From the NCBI GenBank assembly GCA_017517605.1, contig JAFWYQ010000086.1:13114-77113 (forward strand): a stretch of 64,000 nucleotides of DNA, in the 5' to 3' direction. Below, piece by piece: positions 57,104-64,000 of this stretch. Under the pieces are notes generated by a model, which was given only the letters and a program-made list of their open reading frames with translations, had not been told where the DNA came from and made no database searches. Each line of letters starts with the position of its first letter. The first letter of the stretch is position 1. The stretch is from Bacteroidaceae bacterium (lineage in GTDB: Bacteria > Bacteroidota > Bacteroidia > Bacteroidales > Bacteroidaceae). The position numbers and the translations under genes are program-made.

Positions 57104-58117
57104 TCAGTTATAGTAGTTTGTTAATCGTTCATACTCTCTTGTCGTAATGGGCAGGATACTTCCATGTCGGGGGGTAAAGTTCCCTTCTGTTTTCGTCTCG
57201 CGCACTAACGTGAAATGGGCGAGGTCGGTGGAAGTGCAGAAGTGGAACACTCCATCGGCATAACAATCGTAGGCTAACACCCAGGCACTACCGTCGTTCA
57301 ACGGATAAGCCGACGAACCTTCGGACTTCATGGTCACTCCTTCGGGCTTCATCAGCCCTTCGGCCAATGTCCATGTGGCAGTATCTGTCAGTTCGGTAGC
57401 GGTGAATTTTCGTCGTCCCGTACCTTGCAATCCTCCGCCCCATGTGTTGAAGAATATATGATAGAGGCCTGCTTCGTCGCGTACGATATCGGTATCAATG
57501 CTTGGACCATCGTAACGGAACAGTCGTTTGGGAGAACCTTCGAGGTCCGTGAATGAGGGGTTGGCATACGCATAGAATACGGCATCTTGCGGGAAGGGGC
57601 CGTCTTTGGGAGAGTGCAGCGAGAAATAGACCATATATTTCTGTGCCGTGGGGTCGTAGATAGTCTGTGGCGCCCATACGGCATCGGCCAGGGCAAACTC
57701 TTCGCCCTTGAACCGCTCCGGGAAATGTACGGTACTGTGTTGCCAATGGATAAGGTCGTCGCTCTTCATCAGGACGATTCCCCGACATGTCCATTTGCCT
57801 AACTGCCAATCCATGTCGGTGAGCGAAAGCAAGATGCTTCCATCTTCAGCTCTCAGCAGATGCGGGTCGCGCACACCACCCGAACGGCTGATGGTATCAG
57901 AAGCTATTACGGGGCGTCCTCCGTTAATCGGAGTGAAGTCCAGTCCGTTATCACTCACGGCATAGCATACTTGTTGACCCGCGGTCTCGTTACTGGTGAA
58001 GTAGGCAAAAAGGTAGTGGGTCAATGGCTCTCTCTCCGTCTTTTTCCCCGAGGTACAACTGTATTGCAAGCTGATGCAAGCTATAAAGAAAATAGATAAG
58101 ATATAAATCCTACTCAT
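57104..58117 (-). CDS. GH43 family arabinofuranosidase-like lipoprotein
   Basis: YLFAYF, GGVRDP, WAPQ, SIDTDI, EG, PRHG. Confidence 0.85.
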   Translation of the reverse strand: MSRIYILSIFFIACISLQYSCTSGKKTEREPLTHYLFAYFTSNETAGQQVCYAVSDNGLDFTPINGGRPVIASDTISRSGGVRDPHLLRAEDGSILLSLTDMDWQLGKWTCRGIVLMKSDDLIHWQHSTVHFPERFKGEEFALADAVWAPQTIYDPTAQKYMVYFSLHSPKDGPFPQDAVFYAYANPSFTDLEGSPKRLFRYDGPSIDTDIVRDEAGLYHIFFNTWGGGLQGTGRRKFTATELTDTATWTLAEGLMKPEGVTMKSEGSSAYPLNDGSAWVLAYDCYADGVFHFCTSTDLAHFTLVRETKTEGNFTPRHGSILPITTREYERLTNYYN

Positions 58118-58125
58118 AAATTCTT

Positions 58126-59613
58126 TTATTTATTGAAGAAGATTTTTTTGTTATTGCGGATGTATATGCCTGATCGGGAGATTGTCCTGACCATGTTTCC
58201 TGCCATGTCGTATATGACTCCGTTGTCTGTCGTGGCGCATTGGGCCGGTTGGATGGCATTGGTCTCAGTCTCATCCCAACACCAGCCCATCTGACGTTTG
58301 GCCGGTGTGGAGCCTTCCCTACCACGCATAAAGTTGATTTCGGGCAGTGTACCGTCTGCATTGCGCTTTACGATGAGTCCGGAAATGTCTGTACTCACGA
58401 ACATGCCGGCTGTCACCGTGAAGGCTGAATCTTGAGGCAGAAAAGAGTTGTTCGTCATGATGCAAGTCTCCGGGTCATAGTTGGTCACGTGACCTTTGTC
58501 CCGATAACTCCACGACACGTTGTGGCACAATATGTGGTTATAGCCGGGCACATCGTAAGCTCCCTCTGCAGTGTTGGAATGACGGTTTTTCATCTCGTAG
58601 TTTGAGCGGTTTTCGGAAGCGGAATTATATTCCCATGTATTACCGGCCAAATGGTGATTGGAATAAAAGCCGTTTGCCTTGTTCTTGTAGGCCATGCAGT
58701 GGTGTACATGGTGTGAAGGGCACACATCGGGACATTTGGTGACAGCGGCGGACATTCCCCATCCTCCGGCCTTGAATCCGTTGCCATCACCTGCACTTTT
58801 GAAGGTGGTCAGGTCTTCTGCCGGTTGGTAACCGTTGAAAAATGCCATGCAATGACTTATCTCTACCGGTGCAGCACAATTTATCAAATCATATCCGTCA
58901 TCAGAGTTGCGCCAAGCACGGCATTCGATGATGCGATTTCCTGTCTCGTAGGTCTTCGATACGTGTATTCCGAATCCGTCAACATTTCCGCCATACGTCC
59001 CTTCTGAATAGCTGTCATAATTGTTGTAGGCATCGCAGTTCAGTACCAGATTGTCTGATCCTTTGGTCTGGTAATATCCGATTGCCATGTTGTGGTGCAT
59101 GGCAATGTTCTCGACAATACAATGCGACCCTTTTCGTGCTGATACACATTCCGATTGTGTGTGACCGGTGATGCGCACAGGAAGTCCTACTATATCGAAG
59201 TTGCGTAGGTGGATATAATCAGCACCAAGGTAGAAACCCGTGAAGCGGTGGGCACCATCAAGCTGTAATGCCGAGAAATCGAACACGGGACGTTCGCCCG
59301 GATAACCCATGACGCAGGTATGCCCCTTTTTTGTACCCGCTTTCTCCAAAGCAAAGGTGTGTGCATACAGTGATTCGATTTTCATCACCTGCTCATCGGT
59401 TACTTTGTATGTGCCTCCACGGAAACAGATGGTATCGCCACCTGCTATTTTCTTGTAAGCGGCAGGCAGTGTGGCCAATGGCTCCTCGATACTGCCCGAT
59501 GCCGTGTCATTGCCATCAGGTGCGACATAGATTACTTTGCCTCCATCGGCAAATGACTGCAGCGGAAATATGCCCAATAGGGCTATCGCAATAAAAGTCT
59601 TCTTTATATTCAT
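58126..59613 (-). CDS. PL9 pectate/rhamnogalacturonan lyase with T9SS-type tail
   Basis: YVAPDGND, GDTICFRGGTY, GNVDGFG, NSDDGYD, GDGNGFKAG; tail IYDMAG...GIYIRNNKK. Confidence 0.88.
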   Translation of the reverse strand: MNIKKTFIAIALLGIFPLQSFADGGKVIYVAPDGNDTASGSIEEPLATLPAAYKKIAGGDTICFRGGTYKVTDEQVMKIESLYAHTFALEKAGTKKGHTCVMGYPGERPVFDFSALQLDGAHRFTGFYLGADYIHLRNFDIVGLPVRITGHTQSECVSARKGSHCIVENIAMHHNMAIGYYQTKGSDNLVLNCDAYNNYDSYSEGTYGGNVDGFGIHVSKTYETGNRIIECRAWRNSDDGYDLINCAAPVEISHCMAFFNGYQPAEDLTTFKSAGDGNGFKAGGWGMSAAVTKCPDVCPSHHVHHCMAYKNKANGFYSNHHLAGNTWEYNSASENRSNYEMKNRHSNTAEGAYDVPGYNHILCHNVSWSYRDKGHVTNYDPETCIMTNNSFLPQDSAFTVTAGMFVSTDISGLIVKRNADGTLPEINFMRGREGSTPAKRQMGWCWDETETNAIQPAQCATTDNGVIYDMAGNMVRTISRSGIYIRNNKKIFFNK

Positions 59614-59638
59614 GATTTCTTAGTAATATCAGTACTTC

Positions 59639-62197
59639 TCATTCATACTCCTCCGCATTGTAGGGCGAGATGTTGTTCAGTGTTCCAATCTGTCCCTCTA
59701 CCACAGGTGTGGTCAATAGACTGTTCAAGTCTGCAGAGGTGATTTTTGTCTTCGGGGCAAAGTGCTGTGAAGTCATGTAGCGGAGCACGCTCAAGTAGAA
59801 GTGCTTGCCCTCGAGGTGTTCAGAGGCTTTCTCCAAGTCGGCCATGACGACGAGCAACTTGCCTTTACCCACGGCAAATTCGAAGACGAGGCCCAGCTTG
59901 TGGTTGCGCTCGATGTTGTCGATGACTTGCACGATGGGGCGGTAGTCGGTGCCCGTGTTGTCCAGCTTGAAGGGGTTGCTGGCCTTGATGATGGGGAACC
60001 ATTGCCAGTTGGTGTGCGCGTCGGTGGGGAAGCTGTTGAAGAGCGGATGCGCCGGATCGGTCAGGATGCCGAGTGTACCGGGCGACACGTGGCGGTTGTT
60101 GTTCTCCGAGATGGTCTTGAACATACGGTAGTTCCAATAGTCGGTCTGGAAGAGTCCGCCCACCGTCAGGTCCGATTCACCGGGCATGAGCAATACCTGT
60201 TCGCCCTCTTCCAGGCGCTTGGTCACATCGGCGGTCAGTGCACGGGCAATGGTCACTCTCCCCTTCAGCGCATTCAGGTTGTCTTCTGTGGGATATACCC
60301 ATAGTTCATACGTGTTCGGCTCACTCTTTCCTTCGATGGCGAGGGTGAGGACAAGTTTTGTGGCATTGCGGTAATTGCTCAAGTCGATGTCCAGTGCTCC
60401 GGCATCGATGAGTCCGTAGCCGTCGTTGGTGATGGCTATTTCGCCCTGTTTGTCACCCAATGTCCAGGTGATGCGCTTGCCGGCGAGGCTCTCTTCACCG
60501 TAGTTGGCCACCTTCACCTGGGCATGGATGCCCTCCGTGTTGGTGAAGCAGAACTTGTCGGCAATGAGCAGAGGCACCACGGGTGCGCAGAAGCCGCGCC
60601 ACTCCTCACTGGTGCACATGCCCTTCGAGTCGAGGAAAGCATCAAGGATGCCTACGTAGGCACTGCCCTGTCCGGGATAGTCCTGCAGGTCGAGCAGTTG
60701 GAAACCCGCCATGTTCGGTGTGCGCAGGTCCATCTCGATGTCCTGCTTGTAGAGGCGCAGGCTCCATTGTCCGCTGGCCTTGTGGAAGGCTTTGGCCTGG
60801 TCGGCCATACCGGCCTTTTCCAGCCGGTCGCGGAAAATCTCCATGTTGTAGGGGTAGAGTGCACCGGTGTATTTCGCAATCTCGTCATAGTTGGGGTACG
60901 TCTGGAACTGTGCCGTCTCGTGCGAGATGACGGGCACATCGCATCTTGAGCAACCCTCCTCGAAGTTCATCTTCGTGTTGGGGTAGAAGTGGTTGATCAT
61001 TCCTCCGTCGGCCGCATCGGCAAAGGAGAACGAGCCGCGTGTATGGGTGTTGTAGTTACCCCATCCCTCGCCACCTACGCGGCAAGTGACGAAGAAGTCC
61101 ATGCCGGGCTTCACACCCTGATAGCCCAGGTAGTAGTTGGAGCTGAGCGTGTAAATCTTGTCGGGTGCCATTGTGCGGAAGTGCTCAATCAGTTCGGTCA
61201 TCTTGGGGATGCTGCCGCGCAATTCGTTGCCAAGGGCAAACATGCGGAACGAGGGGTGGTGGGCGTACTCACGCATGACGGCCTCGCCTTCCGCCAACAG
61301 GAAATCCATCAGCACAGTATCTTTCGGGTTGACATCGCCCCAGAATGGCAATTCGGGTTGCAGATAGATGCCACACTCGTCTGCCGCCACGAAGGCCGCT
61401 TCGGGCGGACACCATGAGTGGAAGCGTACGTGGTTGAGTCCATACTCCTGGCACACGGCAAAATAGTGGCGCCATGAATCCACGTCCATCGCCACATGGC
61501 CGGTCAGTGGCCACACACAGGCATCGTGCTTTCCGCGCAGGTAGATGGGGTGTCCGTTGGCAAAGAACTGTTGTCCCTCGATGTGGAAATCCTTGAAGGC
61601 CGGGTGTACGGCTATCTCTTTCTTCTCGGGCAAAGAGGTGGTGAGGGTGATGTCGCCGATGATACCATTCCAATTGGTCTGTGTACTCTCAGTGTAGGCA
61701 TGGCTGCTCTGATACACCTGTTCGGGCACTCCACTGCCATTGTCCACCATGATGGCCAGCTCGTGTGTGCCGGGTGTCAGGCTTGCCGAGAGGTCAAACC
61801 GTTGGGGCGTGGAGATGAGCCTGCCTTTTCCCACCAGTGTACCATCCACATACACCTCTGTGGGTTTGGTGCGCTCCAGGGTCAGGATGACGGGTTTGCC
61901 GGCCCATGCTTCGGGTATCTCCACCGTACGGCGGTACCAGGCACGTCCCTTGTATGAGAATGGGCGCGACAGGTGGGTTGTCTCCCCCTTCCATCCGATG
62001 GGGTCACCCTTGCGGTTGGTGTCGGTGGTGCCCGGTAGTGTCACCGTCTCGGGCATTTCGTCTGTGGGTTTCACACTTCCCTCACGATCGAGCACAAAGC
62101 TCCATGTGCCGCTCAGGTCAATGGATTGTTTGTCACTTGTACAGGCCTGTGTCAGTAAGCCTATGAGTGCGAGTAGAATAACTGAGATTTTCTTCAT
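59639..62197 (-). CDS. GH2 family glycoside hydrolase lipoprotein
   Basis: Lipobox TQAC; DLSGTW, AWYRR, YGLNHVRFHSWCPP, HPSF...GNE, SHE. Confidence 0.85.
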   Translation of the reverse strand: MKKISVILLALIGLLTQACTSDKQSIDLSGTWSFVLDREGSVKPTDEMPETVTLPGTTDTNRKGDPIGWKGETTHLSRPFSYKGRAWYRRTVEIPEAWAGKPVILTLERTKPTEVYVDGTLVGKGRLISTPQRFDLSASLTPGTHELAIMVDNGSGVPEQVYQSSHAYTESTQTNWNGIIGDITLTTSLPEKKEIAVHPAFKDFHIEGQQFFANGHPIYLRGKHDACVWPLTGHVAMDVDSWRHYFAVCQEYGLNHVRFHSWCPPEAAFVAADECGIYLQPELPFWGDVNPKDTVLMDFLLAEGEAVMREYAHHPSFRMFALGNELRGSIPKMTELIEHFRTMAPDKIYTLSSNYYLGYQGVKPGMDFFVTCRVGGEGWGNYNTHTRGSFSFADAADGGMINHFYPNTKMNFEEGCSRCDVPVISHETAQFQTYPNYDEIAKYTGALYPYNMEIFRDRLEKAGMADQAKAFHKASGQWSLRLYKQDIEMDLRTPNMAGFQLLDLQDYPGQGSAYVGILDAFLDSKGMCTSEEWRGFCAPVVPLLIADKFCFTNTEGIHAQVKVANYGEESLAGKRITWTLGDKQGEIAITNDGYGLIDAGALDIDLSNYRNATKLVLTLAIEGKSEPNTYELWVYPTEDNLNALKGRVTIARALTADVTKRLEEGEQVLLMPGESDLTVGGLFQTDYWNYRMFKTISENNNRHVSPGTLGILTDPAHPLFNSFPTDAHTNWQWFPIIKASNPFKLDNTGTDYRPIVQVIDNIERNHKLGLVFEFAVGKGKLLVVMADLEKASEHLEGKHFYLSVLRYMTSQHFAPKTKITSADLNSLLTTPVVEGQIGTLNNISPYNAEEYE

Positions 62198-62260
62198 GAT
62201 ATGGAATGTTTTTTAATTGATTTCATGCAAAAGGGTTGTTGGGGTGTGTGATTGGTCCGT

Positions 62261-63040
62261 TCATTGCTTCTCCGTCATGTAGGCCCAGTAGCGCACGGGC
62301 ATGTCCTTGCGGTGCTTGCGAGGGTTGAGGCGCTCTTTGATGCATACGGCCTTGAAGTAGGTGCGCCAGAGCTCTTGGAAGAGGGTCTCGTTCTCGTCCA
62401 GCAAATCGGCCTTCAACTTGCCCGAGTGTGGGTCAAACATGCGTCCGTCGTCGGCGAAGGAGATCTGTTTCACTTCACTTCCGTTGTAGTGGCACCCGTA
62501 GTTGCGGCGGACATCATAGATAATCCACGGCTGGTCGGCAAAGCGGTCCTCAAAGTGGGGGATGATGAGGGGGACGACGTTGTAGTCGGGGCGGATGATG
62601 GCGAAGTAAGTGCCATCCTTGGCCTTCTGGAAGCGGACGAACTGCATCATGCGTAGCCGCTCATAGCGCACACGGCGGAAAGCGTCGGTCACGTAGCGCA
62701 CATCCTCGTCGGTGAAGAATGTCTCGATGCTCTTTTCCGCCTTTACCGCCTTGCAGATGTAGTTGAACAGGTGCATGTCCAGCTCCTCCTCTTCGGCCAG
62801 ATAGCTCACGGTGAGCATGGTCAGTGCCTGTTTCGACAACTTCTTTTCCAATGCCCGCCACACGCGTCCCGCTTTCTCCTCGTCGCTTACCACGGTGAAC
62901 ACCTCGTCGTGAAACAAGGGCAAGGGCTCGTCCTCGCCTTTGATGGCTGAGGGCAGCTGCTTGCGCACAAAGGCATCGAACACGGCGGTGAGCAGCCCGT
63001 CAAACGTGCGGTCGTAAAGGAACGTGGCGGTGGGTGTCAT
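62261..63040 (-). CDS. TIGR03915/DUF4130 putative DNA repair protein
   Basis: YDRTFDGLLTAVF, QFVRF, P.YNVVP, HFEDRFADQPWIIYD, LWRTYF, ERLNP, MPVRYW. Confidence 0.88.
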   Translation of the reverse strand: MTPTATFLYDRTFDGLLTAVFDAFVRKQLPSAIKGEDEPLPLFHDEVFTVVSDEEKAGRVWRALEKKLSKQALTMLTVSYLAEEEELDMHLFNYICKAVKAEKSIETFFTDEDVRYVTDAFRRVRYERLRMMQFVRFQKAKDGTYFAIIRPDYNVVPLIIPHFEDRFADQPWIIYDVRRNYGCHYNGSEVKQISFADDGRMFDPHSGKLKADLLDENETLFQELWRTYFKAVCIKERLNPRKHRKDMPVRYWAYMTEKQ

Positions 63041-63048
63041 GGTGTGCT

Positions 63049-63735
63049 CTATTCTATGATGGTGGCGCGGATGATGCGGATGTCGTCCGTCGGCCGGTCG
63101 TTCTGGTCGGTGGGCGTCATCTGTATCTCGGTGACGGTGCGCATGCCCTCTGTCACGCGGCCGAAGACGGTGTATTGCCCATCCAGATGGGGGGCACCTC
63201 CGTAGTTCTCGTACACACCGCGCACTTGGTCGGTGTATCTGATTTCGCCATCCGTGGCGGCAGCCACTCTTGCTTCAATGGGTTTCAGCTCCTGCGGCAT
63301 GTAGGGGCGTCCGGTGACGATGAAGAATTGCGACCCGCTGGAGGCCCGTTCGGGATTCACCTCGTCCGGCTCGCGTGCCATGGAGAGTGCTCCGCGCCGG
63401 TGGAAGAGTCGGGGGAAACGTATCTCGGCCGGCACCGTATGCTTCGGCTTGCCTCCTCCCAACAGCTCTCCGGGCTTGGCGTTGCGCGAATCGGGGTCGC
63501 CCATCTGTATCATGAATCCGTAGATGGCGCGGTGCACCAACAGGCTGTCGTAGAATCCTTCGCGCACCAGCTTCACGAAGTTGTCGCGGTGTAGCGGAGT
63601 CTCGTTGTAGAGGGCCACGCGGAACTCTCCGGCCGTAGTCTCGAACAGCACTTCAATCTCTTTCTCTCTCTTTCCCCACGCTTGCGATTGGCCGAGCAGC
63701 GCGAGGATGAACAGCAGGGATATGATTCTTTTCAT
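63049..63735 (-). CDS. Cyclophilin-type peptidyl-prolyl cis-trans isomerase (exported)
   Basis: LYNETPLHRDNF, FMIQMGDP, HRRGALSMAR, SSGSQFFIV, PHLDGQYTVFG. Confidence 0.95.
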   Translation of the reverse strand: MKRIISLLFILALLGQSQAWGKREKEIEVLFETTAGEFRVALYNETPLHRDNFVKLVREGFYDSLLVHRAIYGFMIQMGDPDSRNAKPGELLGGGKPKHTVPAEIRFPRLFHRRGALSMAREPDEVNPERASSGSQFFIVTGRPYMPQELKPIEARVAAATDGEIRYTDQVRGVYENYGGAPHLDGQYTVFGRVTEGMRTVTEIQMTPTDQNDRPTDDIRIIRATIIE

Positions 63736-63819
63736 CAGCTTTCTATGGTGTTTCTGTTTCAGATTCTTTGCAAATGTAGTGATAATCTTTGGAATGGAAG
63801 AGTTTTTTCTTGAGAAAGT

Positions 63820-63880
63820 TTAAAGTTCCAAGTTCAAGGTTCAAGTTTGAGGTTCAAAGTTTAGGATTTCAGGTTCAAGG
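63820..63880. repeat. Degenerate 7-mer array (TTCAAGG)
   Basis: ttaaag ttccaag ttcaagg ttcaagt ttgagg ttcaaag...; a similar 7-mer array lies at 50180-50220. Confidence 0.6.
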
Positions 63881-64000
63881 TGTAGGGAGAATGCCAGCCT
63901 CACTATCGGCCTTTATCTCCCCAAAGAGCGAAGCGACTATCTCCCTTTATCTCCCAAAAAGAAACCATGCCAACTCCCTTATCCCCCCTTCCTCCTTACT

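Overview
Chromosomal window from a Bacteroidales bacterium (Prevotella/Bacteroides-like: TAnnTTTG -7 promoter elements, AT-rich translation starts, T9SS-type C-terminal tails). Housekeeping genes (purH-mreB-mreC-mreD-mrdA, hflX, rpsO, pckA, catalase, cyclophilin) are interleaved with about 11 pectin/rhamnogalacturonan-type enzymes (GH106, CE12, three GH2, SASA esterase, three GH43, GH28, PL9), with no susC/susD pair in the window. Regulatory modules: LysR + DASS transporter, BlaI/BlaR1-like pair, sensor kinase + dead pseudokinase, and a three-gene ECF sigma operon. I saw no tRNA, rRNA, CRISPR array, transposase or prophage. The best candidates for undescribed biology are four. (1) An ECF sigma/anti-sigma operon led by an exported protein resembling the soluble domain of DUF2723/TMEM260 glycosyltransferases. 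(2) An exported leader ORF whose last codons base-pair with the initiation region of the next gene, as in SecM/MifM. (3) A translationally coupled kinase/pseudokinase pair with no response regulator. (4) Intergenic repeat elements captured in-frame inside enzyme genes. All family calls come from motif recognition by eye; no database searches were run.
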